From Thermoplasmata archaeon (GTDB taxonomy: Archaea; Thermoplasmatota; Thermoplasmata; RBG-16-68-12; JAFNFQ01), in NCBI GenBank assembly GCA_041489255.1, contig JBGPQV010000014.1, positions 1 to 64,000 of the forward strand: 64,000 nt of DNA, read 5' to 3'. A model generated the notes under the pieces. That model did not search any database. It had not been told where the DNA came from and worked only from the letters and a program-made list of their open reading frames with translations. Made by a program: the position numbers and the translations under genes. Shown piece by piece: positions 1 to 9,664 of the stretch. Numbering within the stretch: the stretch's first letter is position 1; every line of letters starts with the position of its first letter.

Positions 1-30
1 CAACACCATTAAGCCGAAGCAGAGGTTGAG

Positions 31-408
31 GTGGATGACGCCGAGCGAGTATCACGAGGAGGTGAGCGTGAGTGCAAAGTGAAACGGGTCAGGATCTGTC
101 CAACCGAGGGGGTCGCATACCAAGAGTCTAATCGACCTGATGATTTTTCGAATTCGACACCAAAGGGCATTCTCTTGATTCTTGCCTTTTTCTCTCGCCA
201 TCATCAAGGTTTGTGCAAGGATGTGGCACTAGATACGGGACTTCCGGAACGCACCGTTAGACGCCGACTGGAGGAACTGGAAAAAGCCGGAGTGCTCAAG
301 GCAGTCCAGACAAAGACATTCCCTTCAGCGCGACGGTTCAGACTGACGAAATCATCTGAACACTTGGCACAGGCAGCTGAGGCTTTGTTGCAGAAACTGA
401 ATAAATAG
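31..408 (+). CDS. winged helix-turn-helix transcriptional regulator (start uncertain)
   Basis: HTH/wing pattern DVALDTGLPERTVRRRLEELEKAGVL...RRFRLT; N-terminal part of the ORF may be upstream of the true start. Confidence 0.65.
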   Translation: MDDAERVSRGGERECKVKRVRICPTEGVAYQESNRPDDFSNSTPKGILLILAFFSRHHQGLCKDVALDTGLPERTVRRRLEELEKAGVLKAVQTKTFPSARRFRLTKSSEHLAQAAEALLQKLNK

Positions 409-661
409 CTTGATTCCGATGTATTAACGGGCTCTGTCTCTAACAGCCCGGAGGATCTCTACGAGGAACCCGCTCATGAGTGTCGTGATGTCCTTGGGTG
501 TGTCGACTCCCATGGGCGGCAAGATATGCAGCTGGCCAGTAAGGAGTGAGAATATTCCGATGGCGGCTTCGGCAAGGACGAAGGGCAATCTCATTAGGGC
601 ACTCGCGGATACCCCAACCCCAATCTCTTATATCGCGTGGCGGGATTCACCGCCCGAGACC

Positions 662-1438
662 ATGAAGGCAGAGGGGAATGGACGCTCCGAGCCTCGCATC
701 ATCAGGAAGCCGACGGTCCAGCTCATCGCCTGGACAGACTTCAGAAAACCGCAAGACATCGATTGGACCACTGACACCAAGGTCCCCGCCGAGCAGCTCA
801 TCGAGATGGCGGGAAGGCAGTGCTATGAATCTTGGGCCAACCCTTCCGGCAAGTCCAACGCGGAGTACGTCGCGAACATGCTCGACCACGGCCACATGAG
901 CGTCATCGAGCACGGCACCGCCACGTTCCGTTTCACCGGCGTGAGCAGATCATTCACCCACGAGCTGGTCAGGCACCGCCTATTCTCATATTCCCAGCTC
1001 TCGCAACGGTTCGTCTCCGAGACCGACGCCGCTTTCGTCGAGCCGAACGTCATTGCCAACGACCCGAGGGCGCACGAGATATTCATGAAGTCCATCGAGC
1101 AGTCCCGTCAGGCCTATACTCGACTGAACGAGATACTCAAGACCAAGTTCGATGACCTGCAGGACAAGACTCTCAAGAGGAAGAAGGCGAGGGAGGCGGC
1201 CAGGGCCGTTCTGCCCAATGCCACCGAGACGAAGATAGTCGTGACGGGCAACTTCAGGGCCTGGCGGCATTTTGTGAGGCTTCGCTCAGCCGAGCACACA
1301 GACGTGGAAATCAGGGCTGTGGCCATCGCCGTGCTCCGGCAGCTCCAGAAGCTCGCTCCCTCGATATTCGGGGACTTCGAGATCTATAAAGGCCCCGATG
1401 GCCTGGAATGCGCGCGGACGAAGCACGTCTTCGAGTGA
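662..1438 (+). CDS. thyX: FAD-dependent thymidylate synthase ThyX
   Basis: Signature RHRLFSYSQLSQR (RHRxxSxxQxSxR), GHMSVIEH, ARAVLPNATET, NFRAWRHF; start moved to ATG 662 within ORF 476..1438. Confidence 0.95.
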   Translation: MKAEGNGRSEPRIIRKPTVQLIAWTDFRKPQDIDWTTDTKVPAEQLIEMAGRQCYESWANPSGKSNAEYVANMLDHGHMSVIEHGTATFRFTGVSRSFTHELVRHRLFSYSQLSQRFVSETDAAFVEPNVIANDPRAHEIFMKSIEQSRQAYTRLNEILKTKFDDLQDKTLKRKKAREAARAVLPNATETKIVVTGNFRAWRHFVRLRSAEHTDVEIRAVAIAVLRQLQKLAPSIFGDFEIYKGPDGLECARTKHVFE

Positions 1439-1442
1439 GCGC

Positions 1443-2729
1443 TCAGCCTATGTAGTCCTGCTCTCCCTCGGCGCGGTCGAGCAGCTCGCGCGCAAGTTCG
1501 TATTCCGGATTGAGCTCAAGCGCCTTGTCCAGCTCTCTCTTCGCCAGTTGGCCCATCCCCTTCATCAGATACACGCGCCCGAGGTTGCAGTGCGCGTAGC
1601 AATAGCAGCAGTACCTCTCTGATTCCAATGCCCTCTGGAGCCACTCCACCGCTTCGTCCAGCAGTCTCAATTCTATGAGGTACGCCCCTATGTCGTTGTA
1701 GGGGTTTCCGAGGGTCGAGTCGACCTCGATCGCCTTCTTGCATTCCTCGATGGCCTCCTCGTACCGACCGTCGAAGCTCAGCCGCCATCCTAGGAACGTG
1801 TGCGCCTCTGCAGAGGGGATGATCCTCAAGGAAACCCTGTAGAGGTCCTCCGCGTCCTCAAGGTAACCCATTGTCTGGTAGAGATACGCAGCATGGAACG
1901 CTTTCACAGCGCTCATCTTCTGCTTGTCCTTCCCGCCGTGGCGGGTGGGATCGAGCGGACCGCCCTCGAATGTCTCTTTCACCAGCTCCGCCACCGTCGC
2001 CTCTTTCTCGGCAGAGAACTTGCCGCTCCAGACGTGACTCACTATATCCTCCAGGCCCAGGACCCTGGAGACGTCGATGTCCATGGCAATCTCGCCACCT
2101 CGGGGACCCGCCATCGGACCTATCAATCGCATGTCGCCGAAGAGTATCTCGAGGAAGTCGTCGCCACTGCGCACGTGCCTCGCGAGCGCGAGCCCTTCGG
2201 GCCCGCCCCTGCTGACGACGAAACCGAGTTCCGAGACCTGTGGAAGGATATCCTTGGGCGTTAATTCGTCTGCAAGAAGAAGGACACGCGTGTACGTCGA
2301 TGATTTCGCCATGAACGCATAGAGGCTCATCACCTCTACAGCTTCCGACAATCCCGCCCTTTCGAGATTCTTCAGGACAACTTCCTCGTCGCTCAGCTCG
2401 AACTCGACGGCCGTCACGGCGCCCTTTCGACCGATCGTGGCCGCGACCGCAGCCGCAACATAGCCGCCCCGGGAGTCGATCACGGCTACGCGCTGCCCCT
2501 CCGTCAATTCCAGCGCCTCGAGCAGCAACGCCATGAACCTGACCGAGGGGACGAATCTCTCGGTGTCGCCGCACTTGCACGGGAGCGGCGCATCGCAATC
2601 GCCAAGGGCCTCGAGCTCCGGCGGAAGGAATGCGTTGCGGCGGACTGACCTGAGCGCTGACTCTGCGGCCCGATTCTTGAGGAGCTTGATGCCTCTCAGC
2701 CTCTGGAACAGTCGCTCCTTCGAATCCAT
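1443..2729 (-). CDS. degenerate protein-L-isoaspartate methyltransferase-like domain fused to C-terminal TPR domain
   Basis: N-term ALRSVRRNAFLP...LLEALELTEGQRVAVIDSRGGYVAA (PIMT-like); C-term TPR repeats AEAHTFLGW, NPYNDIGAYL, AHCNLGRVY. Confidence 0.75.
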   Translation of the reverse strand: MDSKERLFQRLRGIKLLKNRAAESALRSVRRNAFLPPELEALGDCDAPLPCKCGDTERFVPSVRFMALLLEALELTEGQRVAVIDSRGGYVAAAVAATIGRKGAVTAVEFELSDEEVVLKNLERAGLSEAVEVMSLYAFMAKSSTYTRVLLLADELTPKDILPQVSELGFVVSRGGPEGLALARHVRSGDDFLEILFGDMRLIGPMAGPRGGEIAMDIDVSRVLGLEDIVSHVWSGKFSAEKEATVAELVKETFEGGPLDPTRHGGKDKQKMSAVKAFHAAYLYQTMGYLEDAEDLYRVSLRIIPSAEAHTFLGWRLSFDGRYEEAIEECKKAIEVDSTLGNPYNDIGAYLIELRLLDEAVEWLQRALESERYCCYCYAHCNLGRVYLMKGMGQLAKRELDKALELNPEYELARELLDRAEGEQDYIG

Positions 2730-2879
2730 GGAGGAAACCCGTATGCGGTTGAAGAAGCTAAGGGAATCCTCGTTAAAGCCGTTTTTTGATTTCGTTCGCT
2801 AACACTGAGTATTCAACGTGGTGCTTGCCGCCGGTTGCCGCAGACGCGCGCGGCGATCGTCTGAAGAAATCGCCCTCGT

Positions 2880-3083
2880 CTATCGTCCTTCGATGTCGAA
2901 GTAGACGTCCATGGTGGTCCTGAAGCTCTTCACCTTCCCGCCATCGAGCTCCAGCTCGAACCCGGTCACTCTCGCCCACTTCAGTCCGCGCACCGTCTTC
3001 GATGCCGCCGCCACGCCTTTCTTCGCCGCATCGGCGAAGCTTTCTTTCGATATGCCGACGATTGTGCTGATCTTCTGAGTCAT
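2880..3083 (-). CDS. dodecin family protein
   Basis: IVGISKESFADAAKKGVAAASKTVRGLKWARV is a typical dodecin sequence; start set at MTQK. Confidence 0.9.
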   Translation of the reverse strand: MTQKISTIVGISKESFADAAKKGVAAASKTVRGLKWARVTGFELELDGGKVKSFRTTMDVYFDIEGR

Positions 3084-3145
3084 GGTTTCCCCGCGGGGTA
3101 TAGCCACGGCTGGTCAAAATGCTTTGCGGGGCCGCTTGGCCTGGT

Positions 3146-3568
3146 CTACTTCTGCTGCCTCAGGAGCATGACGAGCTTGTCGGCGTGGTGCTGCTCGTCC
3201 ACGAGGATGTTCTCGATGATGAGCGAAGTCCCGATCTCGCCTATCTCCTCCGCCTGCTTGATGCGCTCTGCGTAGTCCTTCAGGGCAAGCTGCTCGCCCT
3301 TCAGGTCGGCCATCAGCATGTCCTTGATAGTCTTAGCCTGCACGATCGGTCGCGGCTTGATGGTCGGCGTGCCGCCCATGGCCACTATCCTCTCCGCGAG
3401 CTCCTCGGCGTGCTTCATCTCGTCCTTCGATATCTCCTCGAGCACGTCATGGAGTTGGGGCCTGTTCACCCCCGCAATCAGATAGCTGTGCTGCAGGTAC
3501 TGGATGATCGCCTGCAGCTCGCCCGCCAAATCGTAGTTCAGAAGGTCAATCAGCTTCTTTGTGTTCAT
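3146..3568 (-). CDS. ferritin/bacterioferritin-like diiron protein
   Basis: ELQAIIQY, DEMKHAEELAERI, EQLALKDY, DEQHH diiron motifs. Confidence 0.9.
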   Translation of the reverse strand: MNTKKLIDLLNYDLAGELQAIIQYLQHSYLIAGVNRPQLHDVLEEISKDEMKHAEELAERIVAMGGTPTIKPRPIVQAKTIKDMLMADLKGEQLALKDYAERIKQAEEIGEIGTSLIIENILVDEQHHADKLVMLLRQQK

Positions 3569-3759
3569 CCGCTATCCTCCTCGTAAGTGCGACTTTGTTC
3601 GTCAATCCATCGCAGGTATATAACTCTACCAATCTCGGGACGACCCGTCCATGCAAGGATGTTAGGGCAAATGGAAGGAAATAAAGGAGGTGGGGGGGTT
3701 CGAGCCCCCTTCGTAGGCCACGAGCCCGAGATTCCGGGCCGCCAAGATAGGCTGAGTGT

Positions 3760-4200
3760 CTACATTGGCGGCGGAGCCATCGGGGCGACCGGAGGAGCTG
3801 CTGCCTTTTTCGCCTGTCCCATTCCCAGGCCTGCACCGACGATGAGGATTATGGACCCAATCATGCTGATGTAGATTCCATATCCCACTGCGACGATACC
3901 GCCCGAAAGCAGAGAGACGAGGGTTGCGCTAAGTGCAAAGCCCAACAGGACCATGATGAAGGCGAGTATTCCCATGATCAAGCCGGCTATGCACATGCCT
4001 CGCGAGCCAATCGCCACGAATATCAGGCCGAGTACTCCGAATATCAGCGCAAGCCACCCGAATATGGGGAACATCGCGCCCATGAGGCTCGCCGACTCTC
4101 CTGTTATGCTATTCGTTGCGGTCAGCCATGGCAAAAACATGCCCACAAGGACCAATATGCCGCCTACTATGCCGATTATCCTACCAGAACTCATCGCCAT
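3760..4200 (-). CDS. membrane protein (4 TM)
   Basis: Four hydrophobic helices, FLPW motif, Pro-rich tail. Confidence 0.8.
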   Translation of the reverse strand: MAMSSGRIIGIVGGILVLVGMFLPWLTATNSITGESASLMGAMFPIFGWLALIFGVLGLIFVAIGSRGMCIAGLIMGILAFIMVLLGFALSATLVSLLSGGIVAVGYGIYISMIGSIILIVGAGLGMGQAKKAAAPPVAPMAPPPM

Positions 4201-4442
4201 ATTTATTCCTCAGACCCCCTCCTTCTTCCCTCTGGGGGCCCGATCTTGAATAACCTTCGAATATAATAGTGTTGCCCTCATAAAAGGCGGTGAAAGGACA
4301 TGTCTCCATGGCGAAATCGGTCATCTACCAGGCGAATATGAGGCGAATATGGAGGATTTTCGCAAATCCCTCCACCATGAGGTCAATGGTCCTGACCTAT
4401 GCAGATGCGCTGCGAGGACCAACCCTCGTCATGGAAGGATTC

Positions 4443-5894
4443 TCAATCTAAATGCCGGCTCATCGTTTTCACCGTCGGACCGGTCGGGGAAAACATCTCC
4501 TGCTTCCATCGGAGAACTACCCCCCGGGAAATGAACCACGAGATCGTCAAGAGAACCCCGGACTCCGTCAGCAATGATGTCCAGGCAAGCAAAGGATTAC
4601 TCCGGATCAAGAAGGATACTATGGCCACAAGCACCAGAGGAGGGATGATTGCTCCTCCGAACTTTGCCAAAACTCTCACGTCGAACAGCATGGTATTCGT
4701 CCACAGCCCCGTCAACCGCGCCGTCACGCCCGCCACATAGACGGTAGTAGCCGCCGCTACAAGCAGCGACAAAGGAACCAAATCCAACTGTCCGTCAAGA
4801 ACCCCAATGACCACGACATAGGAACAGGATATGACGGCCGTCAGCAGGAAATAGAGTACGAGCTTCGCTCTGATAACCTGATCCGGGGTCACCGGCTGGA
4901 CGTTCATGAACTCATTTGTCTCGATGTTCGTCAGCCAAGAGTAGACCATGACACCGAGGAAACCGACCATTCCGCCGTAGAAGATTCCGTTGAACTCAAT
5001 CGGCACACCTATCCCTGAACGGAAGATCCACGCGAGCATGTAGATTGCGAGGAGTGGCCCCAAGAATCCGCCAACGACCGCACCTAGCGCCCCGCTCCGG
5101 CGGAGCTCCAGCCACTCCTTCGCCACGAGGGTCTTCAGAGGGCCGGAGAAAGAAAACCTGCGCTCCATGGGCAGCAGCGCACTCCCGTACATTCTGATCG
5201 GAGCCTCGAAACGCTCCTTGGTCAAGAGGACCGCAGCCGCTGACAGCAGGAAAGCGAGGATTGCGGAGATTGAGAGGAACCACGGATTCTTGTCTGCCCA
5301 GAAACCCAGCGGCGGGAGGATTTGACCGGCGGTCAGAATCTTCAGAGGCCAGACCAGAGCGACAAGCCCGAGGACGGCCAACAGTCCTGCGGCGGACACG
5401 GCCCTCGAACGCGTCGAAACGGTCGAAGCCAGGAAGGAGAGCGACATGCCAATCATGAAAGCGAGGAAGAGCGTCAGGCCGAGAAGGCCGACGCTGGTCA
5501 ATGAAGCGTTGGCGAATGGCGCACCTACCGCAATCCCGCCGACGATCGGCACGATGGCGTAGAGGATGTAGAACGTCGCGTCCTTGAGGTAGAAGATCGC
5601 CATGACCCTGCTGAACGAGACAGGCTGCAGGGAAGGCAGCGCCAGCAGGAAGTTCACCTGGCCCAGGCGCCTCGTCATCACCTGCTCCCCGATGCGGCCG
5701 AGCGCCCCGACGCCGAGGCCGTAAAGCACGCTCCCTGCATGGAGCATCAAGAGCACGGTCGGGACATCGATGCCCTTGAACCTCGAAAATGTGACTGCAA
5801 GGACGACAGACAGGAAGAAAATCATGACAGGGAAGAAACCGGACCCGATAGAGCCCGCGAACGACCTGTGGAGTCGTAGCTCCTCCTTGAACAT
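4443..5894 (-). CDS. ABC transporter permease (ABC-2-like, duplicated)
   Basis: ~12 TM segments, directly downstream of an ABC ATPase. Confidence 0.8.
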   Translation of the reverse strand: MFKEELRLHRSFAGSIGSGFFPVMIFFLSVVLAVTFSRFKGIDVPTVLLMLHAGSVLYGLGVGALGRIGEQVMTRRLGQVNFLLALPSLQPVSFSRVMAIFYLKDATFYILYAIVPIVGGIAVGAPFANASLTSVGLLGLTLFLAFMIGMSLSFLASTVSTRSRAVSAAGLLAVLGLVALVWPLKILTAGQILPPLGFWADKNPWFLSISAILAFLLSAAAVLLTKERFEAPIRMYGSALLPMERRFSFSGPLKTLVAKEWLELRRSGALGAVVGGFLGPLLAIYMLAWIFRSGIGVPIEFNGIFYGGMVGFLGVMVYSWLTNIETNEFMNVQPVTPDQVIRAKLVLYFLLTAVISCSYVVVIGVLDGQLDLVPLSLLVAAATTVYVAGVTARLTGLWTNTMLFDVRVLAKFGGAIIPPLVLVAIVSFLIRSNPLLAWTSLLTESGVLLTISWFISRGVVLRWKQEMFSPTGPTVKTMSRHLD

Positions 5895-5934
5895 CAGTGA
5901 AAACAGGCGGCGGTTAAGGGCTTGAGGCAGTCCC

Positions 5935-6771
5935 TCACTCCTCCGTCACGAGCCGCATGAATATGTCCTCCAGGCGCTCGCCCGCCCTGGACCGGATCTC
6001 ATCCAAGGCGCCGATCGCCACTATCCCCCCACGGTTGATTATGGCAAGCCGCGTGCAGAGCTTTTCGGCGATCTCCAGGATGTGCGTGCACATGAAGATG
6101 GTCTTTCCCTTCCTGACATGCTCGGCCAGATAATCCCTCACTTTCCGCTGGAAGACTGGGTCGAGGTTAATGAGAGGTTCGTCCAAGAGCAGGAGGTCCG
6201 GTTCGGGGATGAAGGCGGAGGCCAGCATGATCTTCTGCCTCTGACCCTTCGAGAGGTCGCGGCACAGCACGTCCTTCTTCTCCCTGATGTCGAAGAAGTC
6301 CAACCACTTGTCGACGCGCTCCTGGACTTTGTCCAGATCCCGGATGCGACATATGAGCTCGAGGAACTCCTGGACGGTGAGGAAAGTCGGCGGGGTCTCG
6401 GACTCGGGGACGATCCCCACCTTCCTTTTGAGGGCGATGCCGTCGCTGAAGGACACCCCCATGGTCTCCCCTTCCCCCTTATCCGGGGAGAGCTGACCGG
6501 TGAGTATCCGCACGAGGGTCGTCTTCCCGGCCCCGTTGGGACCGAGGAGACCGAAGAATTCGCCTCTACCGACGGAGAAGCTCACGCCGTCGACGGCACG
6601 GACCTCGCCGAAAGCCTTGGCTATGCCGGAAACCCTGATCGCCGGCGACGACCGAGGAGTCGTTGATGGAGCGCCACCCGATGCGGACATCTCCACGCAA
6701 GAAACGACGGATGTTCTTATTCTCTTCCCCTCGGCTCGCGCTGTTTGATACCGAGCCCTGCTGGCAACCAC
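5935..6771 (-). CDS. ABC transporter ATP-binding protein
   Basis: Walker A GPNGAGKT, signature LSKGQ, Walker B LLLDEP; true start probably near 6690. Confidence 0.95.
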   Translation of the reverse strand: MVASRARYQTARAEGKRIRTSVVSCVEMSASGGAPSTTPRSSPAIRVSGIAKAFGEVRAVDGVSFSVGRGEFFGLLGPNGAGKTTLVRILTGQLSPDKGEGETMGVSFSDGIALKRKVGIVPESETPPTFLTVQEFLELICRIRDLDKVQERVDKWLDFFDIREKKDVLCRDLSKGQRQKIMLASAFIPEPDLLLLDEPLINLDPVFQRKVRDYLAEHVRKGKTIFMCTHILEIAEKLCTRLAIINRGGIVAIGALDEIRSRAGERLEDIFMRLVTEE

Positions 6772-6786
6772 CGCAACTATTAACTC

Positions 6787-7242
6787 ATGGCCGGACCATA
6801 TATTCTATTCGTTCAGGGCTCGCAGGGGTTAGGGGGAATGGGGGAACACCATCGCAGCTTTGGCGAAGCGCTCTTCAGCAGGGTCAGGAGTCGGTGGTTC
6901 GTCTACCTCGCGATGAGCGTGTTCTACTGCCTCGACATCTACCTGACGCTGCTCGTCCTGGGGAGCGGATTCAGCAAGGAGTCGAACCCAGTAAGCCGGT
7001 ACGTGCTGTCCGCCTCCGGTCCTGGAGGCTGGGTGGCATTCCGCGTAATCATGCTCACCATGACGACCGTGGCGCTTCTATCGACGTTCACTCTTGCCAC
7101 AATCTCCCTGAGGCAGGCCGGTCGGGAGAGCACGATCGACAGAGTCGAGGAAATCACCGTCGGGTCGGTCATGTTGTTCTATGCAATCGCCATCGTCCAC
7201 AACCTCGTGGCGATCATGGCGCCTCTTCCTCGCTGGACGTAG
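6787..7242 (+). CDS. membrane protein, DUF5658-like
   Basis: LDIYLT...KESNPV motif plus 3 TM helices. Confidence 0.6.
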   Translation: MAGPYILFVQGSQGLGGMGEHHRSFGEALFSRVRSRWFVYLAMSVFYCLDIYLTLLVLGSGFSKESNPVSRYVLSASGPGGWVAFRVIMLTMTTVALLSTFTLATISLRQAGRESTIDRVEEITVGSVMLFYAIAIVHNLVAIMAPLPRWT

Positions 7243-7262
7243 AGCACCCTAAGAGAAGGGGT

Positions 7263-7286
7263 GCCAGGTGACCGCCGTAGGCCCCC
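7263..7286. repeat. attachment site, left copy (displaced 3' end of rnpB)
   Basis: Identical to 18920-18943; extends to 30 bp with one mismatch (7257-7286 vs 18914-18943). Confidence 0.92.
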
Positions 7287-7323
7287 CTCAGCGCATGGAG
7301 AGTTACCTACGGCAGTCAGACCA

Positions 7324-8277
7324 CTAGCGGATGTAGGCCGAATCATCGGTCTCGGTCTCCTCCTTCTTTGGCGGTTCAAACGTCTTCTCGAAGGCCTCCC
7401 AGTGCCGCTCGTCTTGCCATTGGCGGTAGTGCTGGTAGATCGTCTTCGGGTCAGCCCATCCTCCCTGAGCCTGCAGGTCTTTAACGTCGCCCTTCCACAT
7501 TGTCGCTCCGGTTCTACGGAAGGCACGCGGCGTTATCGTGTCCGGCAAGCCCGCACGGCCGCACGCTCGCCTGATGACCTCGAGCGGGTAGCGGCGGTGA
7601 TGCGGTCGGCCTGGCATGACCTCAAAGAGATAGACTGAAGGCTTATGTCTTTCGATGTAGCGACCTAGAGTTCTGGCGGTCTCCTTGGTGATGAACGGCT
7701 TGACCCTCCGGTTCGTCTTTTGCTGGACCTTGCCATCGATGCAGGGATGGTCCACGTCGAGACGTACCTGAGAGAGACGGACGTTCACCAGATCGCTAGG
7801 CCTCAGCAAGCTGTCGTGTTGCAGCAGCACAAGCGCGAGTTCTTTCAGATTTCCCTGTCTCTCCAGCTCACGCTTGAGCGGAAGCCAGTCAGCCTCTTCG
7901 TCGATCAGGTAGCGGTCTTCCAGCAATTCCTTCGACGGCATCGGGAACCGGAGCGGTTCGTCCTCTTCATCCCGTATCTTCTTGGACCTCAAGTACCAGG
8001 TCAACGCGGGACAAACTACCAGTCTCGAATTGACTCGATACTTCCGGCAGATGATTTGCTGATAGTAGGCGTCGACGCTCTGCGGTGTGATCGGTTCTCC
8101 GTCGAGCCATGTCAAGAAGGCAACCACGTACTGCCAGTATCGATCCAGCGTGGCCTCGTTGACATGGCCCTTCCGTTTTACGAATCCCCGGAAGGCCTCT
8201 TCATCGGAGAGAGCGGGAATCGGCATTATCCGTGCCCCCCGAAGGCTCCTGCTGAGACGTTCAATGATGCTAGCCAC
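7324..8277 (-). CDS. tyrosine recombinase/integrase
   Basis: LLRPSDL (catalytic R), TPRAFRRTGAT, QGGWADPKTIYQHY (W...Y); N-terminal SAM-like domain ATLDRYWQYVVAFL. Confidence 0.93.
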   Translation of the reverse strand: MASIIERLSRSLRGARIMPIPALSDEEAFRGFVKRKGHVNEATLDRYWQYVVAFLTWLDGEPITPQSVDAYYQQIICRKYRVNSRLVVCPALTWYLRSKKIRDEEDEPLRFPMPSKELLEDRYLIDEEADWLPLKRELERQGNLKELALVLLQHDSLLRPSDLVNVRLSQVRLDVDHPCIDGKVQQKTNRRVKPFITKETARTLGRYIERHKPSVYLFEVMPGRPHHRRYPLEVIRRACGRAGLPDTITPRAFRRTGATMWKGDVKDLQAQGGWADPKTIYQHYRQWQDERHWEAFEKTFEPPKKEETETDDSAYIR

Positions 8278-8460
8278 GGACCAAGCTCCGGTCCGTGACG
8301 GTCACTGTCTTCCCCGACAAGTTTCCCCGCATGGGTGTAAGTGCGGTTTTTCTCCTCGTGTTGCTCACCTGCGAGCACCGGTGTGTTTTCCCCATCCACT
8401 CCGGCAGCACGGGAGAGGCCCTCCGAGGGTATAATGGTTGCCAGAACCATTCGGTTATGG

Positions 8461-9138
8461 CTAGCCATTCGACACCTCTGAAACGGGTTGCCGACTATGG
8501 GTAGCCGTTCGTGATGCTGAAACGACGCTTTTGGCAAGCCGCCTTGCGCTCGACGGGGGTATCTGCGTCCTAGTGGTTATCTCGGACCACGAAAGGCCTT
8601 GTGCGCGCAGCTCCACGATCTGCGCAGCCTGGTAGCCGTAGTCCCTCCGGGGACGGTTCGGCGGCTTGCCGCTCCTCGTCTTCCATTCCCCCGTGTCCTT
8701 GTGGATCTCCTTGAGACGGCTGAAGCTCGCCTTGATCCTCTCGCCCTTCCGCTCCGAGCCCATCTTGGCGAGCGTGGCAAAGAGCGAGATCACGGCGTCC
8801 CTGAAGGGGCCGAGCGTGCTGAGGTACATCTCCTGGTGGCTCACCCAATCGAGGCCGAGCTCCTGAAAGCGGTAGATAAGGTCGATCGTGTCCTTGACTC
8901 CTTCTCGGGAGATCCTGTCGAGCGCCCAGAAGACGACCACCTTGAACTTGCCATGATGGGCGTCGAGCAGGAGCTTCTCGAGGGCGGGTTTGTGCTCTTC
9001 CTTCCCCCGCACGTTCTCGTCGACGTACTCCGCATAGACCTCCCATTCCCGAGGTTTGCAGAACTGCCTCAGCTCGCGCAGCTGGTTCTCCACTTCCTGG
9101 CGGTCCGTCGACACGCGAGCATAGAGGGCGGCCTTCAT
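8461..9138 (-). CDS. serine recombinase (resolvase/invertase) with C-terminal HTH
   Basis: MKAALYARVSTDRQ, LDRISR, HTH QGLSWSEITTRTQIPPSSARRL; ATGA overlap with the upstream ORF. Confidence 0.93.
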   Translation of the reverse strand: MKAALYARVSTDRQEVENQLRELRQFCKPREWEVYAEYVDENVRGKEEHKPALEKLLLDAHHGKFKVVVFWALDRISREGVKDTIDLIYRFQELGLDWVSHQEMYLSTLGPFRDAVISLFATLAKMGSERKGERIKASFSRLKEIHKDTGEWKTRSGKPPNRPRRDYGYQAAQIVELRAQGLSWSEITTRTQIPPSSARRLAKSVVSASRTATHSRQPVSEVSNG

Positions 9139-9377
9139 TCCTTCGTGCCCTCCATCCTCTTCTCCCGGCGATCGCGTCGCCTCAGAACTCGCAGGAGCCT
9201 CGCTGCCAGGCGGGGAACCCTCTTGCCCTGCAGGGCGCGGCGGTTCTCGATCGACACGCAGCGACTGCAGATGTAGTGACCCGCCGGCCACATCCCGCGC
9301 TTGACGGGGAAGCTCTCGGGGTCGTTGCCGTAGAGCTGCACGTCGCGGCGCGTCCCGCAGTAGGAGCAGCGCATCAT
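9135..9377 (-). CDS. small Zn-finger protein
   Basis: CSYC...CSRC; coupled start/stop overlaps on both sides. Confidence 0.65.
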   Translation of the reverse strand: MMRCSYCGTRRDVQLYGNDPESFPVKRGMWPAGHYICSRCVSIENRRALQGKRVPRLAARLLRVLRRRDRREKRMEGTKE

Positions 9378-9664
9378 CACAGTTCGACCCTCCTCTCCAC
9401 GCCAGAGCACGCATGACTTTTCGTGCAGCTCTGGCACCGCAACATCAGGCAGTTCGGGCAACTCCTGAGTTCGCTCCGCTCAAACGACTTCCCACATTCG
9501 CAGCACTCCGTCACATCCGGCGCCGTTATCGGAGCAGTCGCCTTGGCGCGTTCTTTCTCGATCAGGATCTCAAGGTCCTTCCTGATGGCGGTGACGGCAT
9601 CTTCGACGGACTCCAGCTTCGCGGAGATCATGACGAGTCGGCCAACGTCGATATCCGCTGTCAT
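9377..9664 (-). CDS. coiled-coil plus Cys-rich Zn-binding protein
   Basis: MTADIDVG... coiled coil, then CECGK...CPNC...CQSC...HAC; ATGA overlap with the parB-like stop. Confidence 0.7.
   Translation of the reverse strand: MTADIDVGRLVMISAKLESVEDAVTAIRKDLEILIEKERAKATAPITAPDVTECCECGKSFERSELRSCPNCLMLRCQSCTKSHACSGVERRVEL

Noticed and set aside
3692-3720. GGGGGTTCGAGCCCCC...CCA resembling a tRNA T-arm or att remnant
   Set aside because: No D or anticodon arms. On the minus strand it is a hairpin followed by a pyrimidine tract after gene 3760-4200, so it is more likely a terminator.
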